Source: Sphingobium sp. (GTDB lineage Bacteria; Pseudomonadota; Alphaproteobacteria; Sphingomonadales; Sphingomonadaceae). Taken from it: a DNA stretch of 64,000 nucleotides. The notes beneath the pieces were generated by a model. That model was not told the DNA's origin. It saw only the letters and a list, made by a program, of their open reading frames with translations, and made no database searches. Where the stretch lies: positions 192 through 64,191 of the forward strand of contig DASVOF010000004.1 of assembly GCA_036383495.1 (NCBI GenBank), written 5' to 3'. This document shows, piece by piece, positions 1-9,474 of this stretch. Every line of letters starts with the position of its first letter. The first letter of the stretch is position 1. The translations under genes were made by a program, and so were the position numbers.

Positions 1-1
1 T

Positions 2-274
2 CAGAACAGCGCCTATCATAGCTGGGGCGGCCCCGGCGACGGCAGCCGGTCGCGTGATGAACTCCACGCGCTAAAGGCCCTGGAACTGGAGGATGACGCC
101 GATTTCGACGCGGTCAAGAAAAGCTGGCGTCGTCTGGCCAAGGAATATCATCCCGACGTGAAGCCGGGCGACGCCGCCGCCGCGGTGCGGTTCCAGACGA
201 TCCAGGCCGCCTATGAAGTGCTGCGCACCGCCGAGGAGCGGCGCAGCTGGAAACCGCGCGAGACGGTGGATTGA
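2..274 (+). CDS. J-domain (DnaJ-like) protein, C-terminal part; 5' end lies outside the window
   Basis: Manual frame-2 translation ...LKALELEDDADFDAVKKSWRRLAKEYHPDVKPGD...RFQTIQAAYEVL contains the HPD motif; stop TGA at 272-274. Confidence 0.85.
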   Translation, partial: QNSAYHSWGGPGDGSRSRDELHALKALELEDDADFDAVKKSWRRLAKEYHPDVKPGDAAAAVRFQTIQAAYEVLRTAEERRSWKPRETVD

Positions 275-579
275 AGGCTCATGTCCCGTCCAACTGGCGC
301 AATGCCGTTCTGGTCTGCCGGAAATGCTCCAAAAAGCTGGACGGGGGCTTCGGCCCGGATGGCGATGACCGGCTGGCCAAGGCGTTGCGGAAACATCTTT
401 CGTTGAAGAAGGGGCGCAAGGCCAGCGCCGGGATCGTCGAGGTGAATTGCCTTGGCGTATGTCCCAAGGGCGCGGTGACGGTCGTCAACGGCGCCGATGC
501 GCGCGACTGGCTGCTCGTTCGTCCGGGGGCTGATCTCGATGAGTTGGCGCGGTCTCTGGACCTGAACCGTGGCCGATGA
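271..579 (+). CDS. Thioredoxin-like (2Fe-2S) ferredoxin domain protein
   Basis: VLVCRKC...VNCLGVCPKG cysteine pattern; TTG start overlaps the upstream stop. Confidence 0.7.
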   Translation: MKAHVPSNWRNAVLVCRKCSKKLDGGFGPDGDDRLAKALRKHLSLKKGRKASAGIVEVNCLGVCPKGAVTVVNGADARDWLLVRPGADLDELARSLDLNRGR

Positions 580-589
580 AATGGGGCTG

Positions 590-1024
590 TCAGCCAGTCT
601 TGCTCATCGCCGCGGCATTCCGTTCGGCCGCTTCGGCCAGCGGGAAGAGTAGACGTTCCTCCTGATCCACGCGTGTCCGCAGCGCGGCCATGATCTTTCG
701 CGTGTCGGCGCAGAATTCAGCCCATTGACGCGCGACCTTGTCGTCGTTCCAGCGATGCATATAGGTGGAAAAATCCTGCGCCAGCGTTCCCACCTGGCTT
801 CGTAGCTGCTGCGCGGCCGTTCGGGCGGGCTTATCGGACAGGCGTTGCATGGCGGGATAGAATATGCGGTCTTCCAGGGCCAGATGAGACATGAGTTGCC
901 GGGCGAGATGCCATCTTATCGGTCCGACGCTTTGCGGCCGGTCTTCATCCTGGACAGCCCGCAAAATCTCTTTGGCGATGGTGCTCAGTTCCTGATGCTG
1001 CCTCCGCAATTCATTGATATTCAT
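590..1024 (-). CDS. Hemerythrin (HHE) domain protein
   Basis: LRRQH...HLALEDRIFYP...EERLLFP motifs. Confidence 0.8.
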   Translation of the reverse strand: MNINELRRQHQELSTIAKEILRAVQDEDRPQSVGPIRWHLARQLMSHLALEDRIFYPAMQRLSDKPARTAAQQLRSQVGTLAQDFSTYMHRWNDDKVARQWAEFCADTRKIMAALRTRVDQEERLLFPLAEAAERNAAAMSKTG

Positions 1025-1100
1025 TTATTTTTTCCTTTGTGACCCACCCCGATTGTGCCGGGTGGCGGGTTAACAAAGGGTTTCCATGGCTCGTAGAGCG

Positions 1101-1133
1101 CGCCGTCCGCCGCTGTCCCGGCGGCGGACGGCG
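1101..1133. terminator. 13-bp perfect hairpin downstream of sodB
   Basis: CGCCGTCCGCCGC-7nt-GCGGCGGACGGCG; no clear U-tract. Confidence 0.55.
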
Positions 1134-1139
1134 GCTGGT

Positions 1140-1754
1140 TCAGCCCGGCTGGTCGGCGCGGCTCGCGCCCTGGCCATCCAGGTTCAGCGCGGCGAAGTCC
1201 CAGTTGATCGCGTCCTTAAGGATGCGGTCGGCATAGTTGGGGCGCGCGTTGCGATAGTCGATATAATAGGCATGTTCCCACACATCGACGATCAGCAGGG
1301 GCAGGTGGCCTTCATGCGCGACCGGGGTGTCGGCGTCGTGATAGCTGGTCACTTCCAGCTTGCCGTCCTTCAGGATCAGCGCGGCCCAGCCGCTGGCGAA
1401 ATGGCCCACGGCCTCCGCCTTCAGCTTTTCCACCAGGGCGTCGACCGAACCGAAGCCTTCGGTGATGAGGTCGAGCAGCTTGCCGGTGGGCGCGGTCTTC
1501 GTGGGCGAAAGCGACTGCCAGTAGAATGTGTGGTTCCAGATCTGTCCAACCTGGTTGAACAGCCCGCCCTTGGAGGTCTTGATGAGTTCCACCAGCGACT
1601 TGCCCTGCAGCGCGGGGTCGGCGGCGACCAGTTCATTGGCCTTCACGACATAGGCGTTGTGATGCTTGCCATGGTGGAAATCGAAGGTTTCAGGAGAGAG
1701 AATGTCGCCAAAAGCGTCCTTGGGATAGGGAAGGGCTGGCAGAACAAAGGCCAT
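1140..1754 (-). CDS. sodB: Fe/Mn superoxide dismutase (Fe-type)
   Basis: MAFVLPALPY, HHGKHH, WNHTFYW, DVWEHAYY; start placed at the ATG at 1754, preceded by GAGGAG. Confidence 0.95.
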   Translation of the reverse strand: MAFVLPALPYPKDAFGDILSPETFDFHHGKHHNAYVVKANELVAADPALQGKSLVELIKTSKGGLFNQVGQIWNHTFYWQSLSPTKTAPTGKLLDLITEGFGSVDALVEKLKAEAVGHFASGWAALILKDGKLEVTSYHDADTPVAHEGHLPLLIVDVWEHAYYIDYRNARPNYADRILKDAINWDFAALNLDGQGASRADQPG

Positions 1755-1967
1755 GTCGGAACTCCTCGGTTTATTGGATGCAGATGGCCGCAAAACGATC
1801 GCGCGGCCGGGAAAGCTCCGTGCCCCTAGCAGCCTTATCGCACTGCGGAAAACATGATATTTTCTTTTAAAGACACGGAAATATCCATGTGACATGATCG
1901 AAATGATGACCTAGCATCGGCGGTCAGGCCGCCCAAAAGCGGGGGTCGCATAATAGGGGAAGGCTCA

Positions 1968-2531
1968 ATGGCAAAATTCTTCGGTAACTTGCATCTTGTG
2001 CTGGCGGCCGGCCTGTTGCTGGCGCTGGTCGTGATTTTCGCCGTGCCCGCGAATGCGGTGGCCGAGCAGGCGGGGCTGCGCTGGCTGCACCTGTTCTTCG
2101 GCATCACCTGGATTGGGCTGCTCTATTATTTCAACTTCGTGCAGATTCCGACCATGCCCAAAGTGCCGGCGGAACTGAAGCCGGGCGTGTCCAAATATAT
2201 CGCGCCTTCGGCCCTGTTCTTCTTCCGCTGGGCTGCGGCGCTGACCGTGCTGACGGGAGCGCTCATCGCCTGGCGCAGCGCCTATCTGGTCGAGGCGCTG
2301 ACCCTGCAAAGCGGCTTCCAGTTGATTGGCATCGGCATGTGGCTGGCGCTCATCATGGCGTTCAACGTCTGGTTCGTGATCTGGCCGAACCAGAAGAAGG
2401 CGCTGGGCATCGTTCCCGCCGAGGATGCCGCGAAGGCGAAAGCGGCGTCCACCGCGATGATTTTCTCGCGCATCAACACCCTTTTGTCGCTGGCGATGCT
2501 CTATTGCATGGTCAACTTCAACGGCGGCTGA
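1968..2531 (+). CDS. Integral membrane protein, PuuD/urate-oxidase N-terminal-like, without a cytochrome c domain
   Basis: RWLHLFFGITWIGLLYYFNFVQ and MAFNVWFVIWPNQKK motifs; no CxxCH. Confidence 0.7.
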   Translation: MAKFFGNLHLVLAAGLLLALVVIFAVPANAVAEQAGLRWLHLFFGITWIGLLYYFNFVQIPTMPKVPAELKPGVSKYIAPSALFFFRWAAALTVLTGALIAWRSAYLVEALTLQSGFQLIGIGMWLALIMAFNVWFVIWPNQKKALGIVPAEDAAKAKAASTAMIFSRINTLLSLAMLYCMVNFNGG

Positions 2532-2544
2532 TTTAAGGCCGATC

Positions 2545-2578
2545 GAGCGCGCCGCCCCTTTCGACGGGCGGCGCGCTT
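2545..2578. terminator. Hairpin between convergent genes
   Basis: AGCGCGCCGCCC / GGGCGGCGCGCT 12-bp stem. Confidence 0.6.
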
Positions 2579-3225
2579 CAACCCTGCGGTGGGGTCGTCT
2601 CGCCGATTTCGTCGCTGTCCAGCTTGTTACCCATATTAAGCCCATGGCGCATCAGCATCGGGATATTGGCTGCGGCGAAGACGATCGATACGATCGTCAC
2701 GCCCCATACCTTGACGGACAGCCACGCATCGAAGCTCATCGACCGGCGCATCGCTTCATTGGCCAGCGCCATGGCCACGAAGAACAGGGCCCAGTTGCGC
2801 GACAGCTTGCGCCAGCCCTCATCGGTGAGGCCGTCATAGGCGGCCTGCAGCAGATATTTGAGCAGCGCCTTGCCCCGCATCAGCCCGCCAAACAGCATCA
2901 GGGCGAAGAAACTGTAGATGATCGTCGGCTTAAGCTGAATGAAGCGCTGGTCGTGGAAATAGATGGTGAGCCCGCCGAAAAAGAGGATCAGCAGCGCCGA
3001 CAGCCAGAGCATCGGCGACACCCGGCCAAGCTTTACCTTGGAAATGATGACGGCGACGATGATCGCGGTCATGAAGGCCGCTGTCCCTAAGCTCATGGCG
3101 GTGATCGGATTGCCCGACCCCCACAGCCAGCCCGCGCCCTTGTAGGTGAGGAAGAAGACCAGCAGCGGCCCGAAATCGAGCGCGAGGCTGAGCGAGCCGG
3201 AGTGGGGAGTTTTCTGATCGATCAT
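2578..3225 (-). CDS. yciB: Inner membrane septation protein YciB/IspZ
   Basis: LDFGPLLVFF, FIQLKPTI, WRKLSRNW motifs; downstream of ftsY as usual in Alphaproteobacteria. Confidence 0.9.
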   Translation of the reverse strand: MIDQKTPHSGSLSLALDFGPLLVFFLTYKGAGWLWGSGNPITAMSLGTAAFMTAIIVAVIISKVKLGRVSPMLWLSALLILFFGGLTIYFHDQRFIQLKPTIIYSFFALMLFGGLMRGKALLKYLLQAAYDGLTDEGWRKLSRNWALFFVAMALANEAMRRSMSFDAWLSVKVWGVTIVSIVFAAANIPMLMRHGLNMGNKLDSDEIGETTPPQG

Positions 3226-3236
3226 ATATTATCCTT

Positions 3237-3326
3237 CGTCATCCCCGCGTAGGCGGGGACCCATCTCCTGACCTTGCACCAGGAAGATGACGTGGGAGAT
3301 GGGTTCCCGCCTTCGCGGGAATGACG
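3237..3326. repeat. CGTC-tagged REP doublet, family A (90 bp)
   Basis: CGTCATCCCCGCGTAGGCGGGGACCCATCTCC + 26-nt spacer + GGAGATGGGTTCCCGCCTTCGCGGGAATGACG; second copy at 11749. Confidence 0.9.
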
Positions 3327-3353
3327 GAAAAAGGTGAGCGGAGGAATTGGGAC

Positions 3354-4286
3354 CTACCGCGCATAGGCCGTCCCCGCGATAGCGCGCGCCATGTCGCCCG
3401 GATCGAAGGGGCGCAGGTCCTCGATCTTTTCGCCGACCCCGATGGCATGGATAGGCAGGCGGAATTTCTCCGCCGCCGCGACCAGCACGCCGCCGCGCGC
3501 CGTGCCGTCCAGCTTGGTCATGACCAGCCCCGTCACCTGCGCGACTTCCTTGAAAACCTCGATCTGGCTCAATGCATTCTGTCCCGTGGCGGCGTCCAGC
3601 ACCAGCACAACGTCATGCGGCGCCGCCGGGTTCAACCGGCCAAGCACGCGACGGATCTTGGACAGTTCGTCCATCAGCTCGGTCTTGTTCTGCAAGCGGC
3701 CCGCCGTATCGACGATCAGCACGTCGATGCCGGTTGCGGTGGCCTGCTTCACGGCATCGAATACGATTCCGGCTGCATCGCCGCCTTCCTTGCCCGCGAC
3801 GATGGGGATGCCGAGGCGTTCGGCCCATATCTTGAGCTGGCCGATCGCCGCCGCGCGGAACGTGTCGCCCGCCGCCAGCATCACGCCATAATCCTGTTCC
3901 AGGAAATTATTGGCGAGTTTGGCGATGGTGGTCGTCTTGCCGGAGCCGTTGACGCCGATGACCAGGATGACTTGCGGGCGGGGGAATGCCTCTATCTCCA
4001 GCGGACGCGCCACCGGGGCGAGCACCTTCTCCATCTCTTCGGCGATGATCTCGCGCAGATATTCCTCGGTGAGTTCCTTGTTATAGCGCCCCTCGGTCAA
4101 CCGCTCGCGCACCCGCGCCGCCATGGCGGGGCCAAGGTCGCTGACGATCAGCGCTTCCTCGATCTCGTTCAGGGTTTGCTCGTCGAGCGCGGCCTTGGTG
4201 AAAAGGCCGGTGAGGTTCTCGCCAAGCTTGTCGGAAGTGCGCTTGAGCCCGCCGAAGAGGCGGTCGCGCCAGGATGTTTCAGCCAT
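3354..4286 (-). CDS. ftsY: SRP receptor FtsY
   Basis: GVNGSGKTTT, DTFRAAA, DTAGRL, TKLDGTARGG. Confidence 0.97.
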   Translation of the reverse strand: MAETSWRDRLFGGLKRTSDKLGENLTGLFTKAALDEQTLNEIEEALIVSDLGPAMAARVRERLTEGRYNKELTEEYLREIIAEEMEKVLAPVARPLEIEAFPRPQVILVIGVNGSGKTTTIAKLANNFLEQDYGVMLAAGDTFRAAAIGQLKIWAERLGIPIVAGKEGGDAAGIVFDAVKQATATGIDVLIVDTAGRLQNKTELMDELSKIRRVLGRLNPAAPHDVVLVLDAATGQNALSQIEVFKEVAQVTGLVMTKLDGTARGGVLVAAAEKFRLPIHAIGVGEKIEDLRPFDPGDMARAIAGTAYAR

Positions 4287-4307
4287 TATGCAATACCGCC
4301 ATTCCCT

Positions 4308-5618
4308 TCACGCCGCCTCTTGCGCGATCAGCGCGCCATTCTCAAGGCCCGCGATGGTCGCGCGAACAATCGAGGAGGGCGGCTGATGCTCCCTGAATCG
4401 CACCGGGGCGAAATTCTCTGCATGGCCAGACAGGCCGTCGCGCTCGACCAGGACCGACTGTTCCGATCCCGCGAGGCTCTCAAGCCACGCCTTCCGCTGC
4501 CCTTCGCAAGCGGCCCGCAGCCGCGCCGCCCGCGCCTTGATGGCGGCCCGCTCCACTTGCGGCATCCGCGCGGCCGGGGTTCCGGCGCGCGGCGAATAGG
4601 GAAAGATATGCCCGTGCACGATCGCGCATTCCTCGACGAGCTTGAGGCTGTTTGCGAACATCGCCTCATCCTCTGTCGGGAAACCGGCGATGATGTCCGC
4701 GCCGATGCTGATTTCGGGTCGCGCGCTCTTCAGCCGCTCGACGATCCGGATAGCATCGGCGCGGCCATGACGGCGCTTCATGCGCTTGAGGATCATGTCG
4801 TCGCCCGCCTGAAGCGACAGGTGCAAATGCGGCATAATGCGCGGCTCATGGGCGAGCAGGTCGAACAGCCTCTCGTCGATCTCCACGCTGTCGAGCGAGG
4901 AGAGGCGCAGGCGGGGGAGGTCCGGCACGCCCTTCAATATGCGCTCGATCAACAAGCCGAGCGACGGCGATCCCGGCAGGTCGGGGCCGTAGCTGGTGAC
5001 GTCGACGCCGGTCAGGACAATTTCCCGATAGCCGGCGTCCACCAGTTCGCTTGCCTTGTCGACCACCGCGCCCGCAGGCACGGACCGGCTGTTCCCGCGC
5101 CCATAGGGAATGATGCAGAAGGTGCAGCGATGGTCGCAGCCATTCTGCACCTCCAGGAAAGCGCGGGCATGTTCGGCAAAGGCGCTCGCCATGTGCGGCG
5201 CGGTCTCGCGCACGGCCATGATGTCGGAAACATTGACCCTATTCGTCACCCCAGCGAACGCTGGGGTCCCAGGCCCAACGCTGCGCCCTGTCGCCTGAGA
5301 TCCCAGCGTCCGCTGGGATGACGTGTAGTGGCGGGCGTCCATCTTTTCGCGATTGCCGATCACCGCGTCGACCTCGGCCATCATCGCGAACGTCTCAGGC
5401 TCGGTCTGCGCAGCGCAGCCCGTCACCATGATACGCGCGTTGGGCCGATCCCGCCGCGCGCGTCGGATCGCCTGGCGCGTCTGGCGCACCGCTTCCGCCG
5501 TCACCGCGCAACTGTTGACGACGATCAGGTCATCCTGCCCGTCCGCCATTTCACGGATCGCCTCGCTCTCCGCGATATTGAGGCGGCAGCCCAATGTGAT
5601 GATCTGCGGGCCGCTCAT
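4308..5618 (-). CDS. mtaB: tRNA t6A37 methylthiotransferase MtaB, carrying an in-frame palindromic repeat
   Basis: TLGCRLN, NSCAVT, VTGCAAQ, radical SAM CDHRCTFC; dapF-mtaB-ftsY synteny. Confidence 0.93.
   Translation of the reverse strand: MSGPQIITLGCRLNIAESEAIREMADGQDDLIVVNSCAVTAEAVRQTRQAIRRARRDRPNARIMVTGCAAQTEPETFAMMAEVDAVIGNREKMDARHYTSSQRTLGSQATGRSVGPGTPAFAGVTNRVNVSDIMAVRETAPHMASAFAEHARAFLEVQNGCDHRCTFCIIPYGRGNSRSVPAGAVVDKASELVDAGYREIVLTGVDVTSYGPDLPGSPSLGLLIERILKGVPDLPRLRLSSLDSVEIDERLFDLLAHEPRIMPHLHLSLQAGDDMILKRMKRRHGRADAIRIVERLKSARPEISIGADIIAGFPTEDEAMFANSLKLVEECAIVHGHIFPYSPRAGTPAARMPQVERAAIKARAARLRAACEGQRKAWLESLAGSEQSVLVERDGLSGHAENFAPVRFREHQPPSSIVRATIAGLENGALIAQEAA
5244..5323. repeat. 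CGTC-tagged REP doublet (family A') inside the mtaB coding sequence
   Basis: CGTCACCCCAGCGAACGCTGGGGTCCC...GAGATCCCAGCGTCCGCTGGGATGACG; arms match the intergenic copies at 6478 and 8242. Confidence 0.9.
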
Positions 5619-5619
5619 G

Positions 5620-6420
5620 TCAGAACCGCGCCCAGTCAGCCTCGCCGTCGAAGACATGGGTGGCGGGGCCGGTCATCATGATATGCCCGCCCGGCGCCCA
5701 GTCGATCACCAGATCGCCGCCGGGCAGGCTCACCCGCGTCGGCCCGCTCACCAGCTTGCGCCGCACTGCCGCCACCGCCGTCGCGCAGGCGCCGGTTCCG
5801 CAGGCGCGCGTCAGACCCGCGCCGCGTTCCCACACGATCAGGCGGATATGGTTCTCCCCAACGACCTGCGCGAAATTCACGTTCACGCGCGCCGGAAAGA
5901 GCGGATCGGTCTCGATCAGGGGGCCTAAATGGTCGAAGTTCACACCGTCCAGATCGTCACAGAAGAAGATGACGTGCGGATTGCCGACATTGACGGCGGC
6001 GGGCGCGGGCAGGTCTTCCCAGCTTACCGGCATGGCCAGCGTGTCCATGGCGTAGGCGAGGGGGATAGCGTCCCATTCCAGCCGGGGCGCGCCCATGTCG
6101 ACGCTCGCGCCGCCGTCGACGCCCTTCGCGTCCAGCAGCCCCGCCTTCGTCTCGATCAGCACGTCACGCCCGACGAACAACGGCACGCAGCGGGTCGCGT
6201 TGCCGCACGCCTCCACCTCGCTCCCGTCGGCGTTGAAGATGCGCATGGACACATCCGCCCGGTCGGATTGTCCGATCAGGATGAGCTGGTCGCACCCGAT
6301 CCCCGCATGACGATCCGCAATCGCCCGCGCGCGCGCCTCCGTCATCCCGACATCGCCATCCCGCGCGTCGATCACGACAAAGTCGTTGCCCAGCCCATGC
6401 ATCTTTGAAAATCGGCCCAT
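5620..6420 (-). CDS. dapF: Diaminopimelate epimerase
   Basis: FSKMHGLGNDF, NADGSEVEACGNATRC, GNPH, ERGAGLTRACGTG. Confidence 0.97.
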   Translation of the reverse strand: MGRFSKMHGLGNDFVVIDARDGDVGMTEARARAIADRHAGIGCDQLILIGQSDRADVSMRIFNADGSEVEACGNATRCVPLFVGRDVLIETKAGLLDAKGVDGGASVDMGAPRLEWDAIPLAYAMDTLAMPVSWEDLPAPAAVNVGNPHVIFFCDDLDGVNFDHLGPLIETDPLFPARVNVNFAQVVGENHIRLIVWERGAGLTRACGTGACATAVAAVRRKLVSGPTRVSLPGGDLVIDWAPGGHIMMTGPATHVFDGEADWARF

Positions 6421-6477
6421 GATGGCGAGGCATTTAGGATGTTGCGGGGTAAAAGGCCAGCCTGCGCCATCTATCAT

Positions 6478-6553
6478 CGTCACCAGCGCAAGCTGGGGTC
6501 GCAGGCGAGGTTGCGCTTCACCTCCCGAGATCCCAGCCTGCGCTGGGATGACG
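6478..6553. repeat. CGTC-tagged REP doublet (family A'), left arm decayed
   Basis: CGTCACCAGCGCAAGCTGGGGTC...GAGATCCCAGCCTGCGCTGGGATGACG. Confidence 0.85.
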
Positions 6554-6629
6554 AAAGAGGGGCTGGCATGACGAATGAGGGAAAGCCAGTGGCCCGGTTG
6601 CATCCTATCCTCCTTTCCGCTAAAGGCCC

Positions 6630-6740
6630 GCCAGCAATCGGGCGGTTCGCCGCCTGATGCCCTGACAGATCCATGGCGCTCAAACGGAGCATCGGATGGA
6701 CGCTGGCCGGCGAGTTTTCGCCCGCCGGCGATTTTGTCGT
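6630..6740 (+). ncRNA. Possible structured ffh leader RNA
   Basis: Hairpins ATCGGGCGG-TTCG-CCGCCTGAT and GCCGGCG...CGCCGGC directly upstream of ffh, where Alphaproteobacteria carry a conserved leader; not checked against a model. Confidence 0.4.
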
Positions 6741-6790
6741 TTGGCGGGGTGGCGCTGTTTTCCGGGCCTTTCGGCCCAATTGAGGTGGTG

Positions 6791-8239
6791 ATGTTCGATT
6801 CGCTAAGCGATCGTCTCGGTGGGGTATTCGACAAGCTGCGTGGGCGCGGTGCGCTTACGGAGGACGATGTCCGCGCCGCGATGCGCGAGGTGCGAATCGC
6901 CCTGCTCGAAGCAGACGTCGCCCTTTCGGTGGTGCGCCAGTTTGTCGACGATGTGACGGAGCAGGCCGTCGGCCACAACGTCCTGCGCTCGATCACGCCG
7001 GGCCAGCAGGTGGTGAAGATCGTCAGCGACGCGCTGACCGCCGTGTTGGGTTCGGAAATCTCCGACCTGCTGATCGACGTGACCCCCCCTGCCGTCATCA
7101 TGATGGTCGGCCTGCAAGGCTCCGGCAAGACCACCACCACGGCCAAGATCGCCAAGCGCCTCAAGGAAAAAGAGCGCAAGAAGGTGCTGATGGCGTCGCT
7201 CGACGTCCAGCGCCCCGCCGCGCAGGAACAGTTGGCGGTGTTGGGCGCGCAGACCGATGTGGCGACCCTGCCTATCGTTCCGGGCCAGCAGCCGGTGGAG
7301 ATCGCCCGCCGCGCGCTCCAGTCCGCGAAGCTTCAGGGCTTCGACGTGGTCATGCTCGACACCGCCGGACGCCTGCACGTCGATCAGGCGCTGATGGACG
7401 AAATGAAGGCGGTGGCGGACGCCAGCGACCCGGCTGAAATCCTGCTTGTCGTCGACTCGCTGACCGGTCAGGACGCGGTCAACGTCGCGCAGAGCTTCAC
7501 GGCTCAAGTGCCGCTGACCGGCGTGGTGCTGACCCGTATGGATGGCGATGCCCGTGGCGGCGCGGCGCTCTCCATGCGCGCCGTCACCGGCCGTCCGATC
7601 AAGTTCGCGGGCACCGGCGAGAAGCTCGACGCGATCGAGCCTTTCCATCCGCAGCGCGTGGCGCAGCGCATCCTGGGCATGGGCGATGTCGTGTCGCTGG
7701 TCGAAAAGGCCGCCGAGACGATCGACGCGGAAGAAGCCGACAAGCTCGCCAAGAAGATGGCCAAGGGTCAGTTCGACATGAACGACCTGCGCGCCCAACT
7801 GAATCAGATGCGCCGCATGGGCGGCCTCGGCGCGCTCGCGGGCATGCTGCCGGGCCTCAAGAAGGCGCAGGCGGCGATGGCGAACAGCGGGGCCAATGAC
7901 AAGACGCTGATCCATCTCGATGCGATGATCGGCTCCATGACGCTCAAGGAGCGGGACAAGCCCGCCCTCATCAACGCCAAGCGCAAGATCCGCATCGCCA
8001 AGGGTTCCGGCACCACGGTGCAGGAAGTGAACCGTCTCCTGAAAATGCATCAGGAAATGGAAACGGCGATGAAGAAGATTCGCAAGATGGGCGGCCTGAA
8101 AGGGCTGGCCAAGATGTTCACGGGTGGCGGCCTGGACGGCATGCTGGGCGGCGGCGGCGCACCTCCCCAGGGCCTGCCGGGGCTGGGCGGCAACATGCCC
8201 AACCTGCCGCCGGGGTTTCAGAATTTCCTGAAGAAGTAG
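6791..8239 (+). CDS. ffh: Signal recognition particle protein
   Basis: MFDSLSDRL, GLQGSGKTTT, DTAGRL, Met-rich M domain. Confidence 0.97.
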   Translation: MFDSLSDRLGGVFDKLRGRGALTEDDVRAAMREVRIALLEADVALSVVRQFVDDVTEQAVGHNVLRSITPGQQVVKIVSDALTAVLGSEISDLLIDVTPPAVIMMVGLQGSGKTTTTAKIAKRLKEKERKKVLMASLDVQRPAAQEQLAVLGAQTDVATLPIVPGQQPVEIARRALQSAKLQGFDVVMLDTAGRLHVDQALMDEMKAVADASDPAEILLVVDSLTGQDAVNVAQSFTAQVPLTGVVLTRMDGDARGGAALSMRAVTGRPIKFAGTGEKLDAIEPFHPQRVAQRILGMGDVVSLVEKAAETIDAEEADKLAKKMAKGQFDMNDLRAQLNQMRRMGGLGALAGMLPGLKKAQAAMANSGANDKTLIHLDAMIGSMTLKERDKPALINAKRKIRIAKGSGTTVQEVNRLLKMHQEMETAMKKIRKMGGLKGLAKMFTGGGLDGMLGGGGAPPQGLPGLGGNMPNLPPGFQNFLKK

Positions 8240-8241
8240 CC

Positions 8242-8301
8242 CGTCATCCCAGCGAAGGCTGGGATCTCAGGCACAAGATCCCAGCCTTCGCTGGGATGAC
8301 G
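8242..8301. repeat. CGTC-tagged REP doublet (family A'), compact 60-bp form
   Basis: CGTCATCCCAGCGAAGGCTGGGATCT-CAGGCACA-AGATCCCAGCCTTCGCTGGGATGACG: perfect 26-bp inverted repeat. Confidence 0.92.
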
Positions 8302-8346
8302 AATTTGAAAACAAGTAGTTTAGTTTAAGTCAGAAAGGTAAGTTCC

Positions 8347-8814
8347 ATGGCAACGTCCATTCGTCTTTCGCGCGGTGGTTCCAAGAAGCGCCCCTATTAT
8401 CGCATCGTCGTGGCCGACAGCCGCGCCCCGCGTGACGGCAAGTTCATCGAGCGCATCGGCAGCTACAACCCCGTCCTGCCCAAGGGTGACGAGAAGCGCG
8501 TCGTTCTGGACGCCGAGCGCGCGAAGCACTGGATCGCCGCCGGCGCCCAGCCGACCGACCGCGTCGCTCGCTTCCTCGACGCCGCTGGCGTGAAGGAACG
8601 CCCCGCCCGCAACAACCCGAACAAGGCTGAGCCGGGTCAGAAGGCCAAGGATCGCGCCGAAGACCGCGCCACCAAGGCCGCCGAAGCTGCCGAAGCCGCT
8701 GAAGCCGCCAAGGTCGCCGCCGCCGAAGCCGCTGCCGCCCCGGCAGTTGAAGAAGCCGCGCCTGCCGAGGAAGCTGCTCCTGAAGCCGCTGCTGAAGAGC
8801 AGGCTGAAGGCTGA
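8347..8814 (+). CDS. rpsP: 30S ribosomal protein S16 with Ala/Glu-rich tail
   Basis: [31 protein letters not shown]. Confidence 0.98.
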   Translation: MATSIRLSRGGSKKRPYYRIVVADSRAPRDGKFIERIGSYNPVLPKGDEKRVVLDAERAKHWIAAGAQPTDRVARFLDAAGVKERPARNNPNKAEPGQKAKDRAEDRATKAAEAAEAAEAAKVAAAEAAAAPAVEEAAPAEEAAPEAAAEEQAEG

Positions 8815-8820
8815 GCCTGA

Positions 8821-8851
8821 GAGCCCCCTTCTCGCTTGCGGGAGGGGGCTC
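8821..8851. terminator. Hairpin after rpsP (resembles one arm of the 21852 element)
   Basis: GAGCCCCCTTCTCGC-T-TGCGGGAGGGGGCTC. Confidence 0.5.
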
Positions 8852-8942
8852 ACCTGTCCGCTTCGCGCCATGTCGGGAAGCGTCACAATCGAAGCGGGCC
8901 TCCATGCCCGCTTCTTTTGTTTCCTGATCCGTTGAGGAACGC

Positions 8943-9440
8943 ATGACGACCGACCGCCCCATTACCCTTGCCGTCATCATCGGCGCGCATGGCATCGCGG
9001 GCGATGTCCGTCTGAAGCTGTTCGCCGAAGGCGCGGAAAGCCTCAAAAACTACAAGAGTTTCGATGTGGCGGGACGCACCCTGACGCTGAAATCCCTGCG
9101 TCCGGGACCCAACGGCGCCGTCGCCCGCTTCGCCGAGATTGGCGACCGTTCAGCTGCCGAGGCATTGCGCGGCGCTGAACTTTCTGTTCCCCGCTCCACC
9201 CTGCCGCAACTGGGTGAGGGCGAATATTATCATGTCGACCTGATCGGCTTGCCTTGCTTCTCCAGCGATGGGGAAGGGCTGGGCAACATCGTCGCGGTCG
9301 AAAATTTCGGCGCGGGCGACATTATCGAGGTCGAGCGGCCAGCCGTTGATGGTAAGGGGGGCAAGCGCTTCATGGCGCCGATGCATGCCGTGACGATTGC
9401 GGACGAGCGGGCTGTGATTGAGGCGGCTTTCGCTGTTTGA
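8943..9440 (+). CDS. rimM: Ribosome maturation factor RimM
   Basis: GAHGIAGDV, EGEYYHVDLIG, NFGAGDIIE; position in the operon. Confidence 0.95.
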   Translation: MTTDRPITLAVIIGAHGIAGDVRLKLFAEGAESLKNYKSFDVAGRTLTLKSLRPGPNGAVARFAEIGDRSAAEALRGAELSVPRSTLPQLGEGEYYHVDLIGLPCFSSDGEGLGNIVAVENFGAGDIIEVERPAVDGKGGKRFMAPMHAVTIADERAVIEAAFAV

Positions 9441-9474
9441 TGTTGCTTGGGATGCCGTTTGAGGCAAGGGATAT

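Noticed and set aside
1060-1086. CtrA box upstream of the hemerythrin gene (also TTAAC before popZ)
   Set aside because: Only half-sites; no full TTAA-N7-TTAA.
6421-7179. Long N-terminal extensions of DapF, Ffh, TrmD, ChvI and SodB in the ORF track
   Set aside because: Open-frame run-on; the conserved N-termini begin at downstream starts.
8670-8814. Low-complexity GCCGAAGC-type repeats in rpsP
   Set aside because: They encode the Ala/Glu-rich S16 tail common in Alphaproteobacteria.
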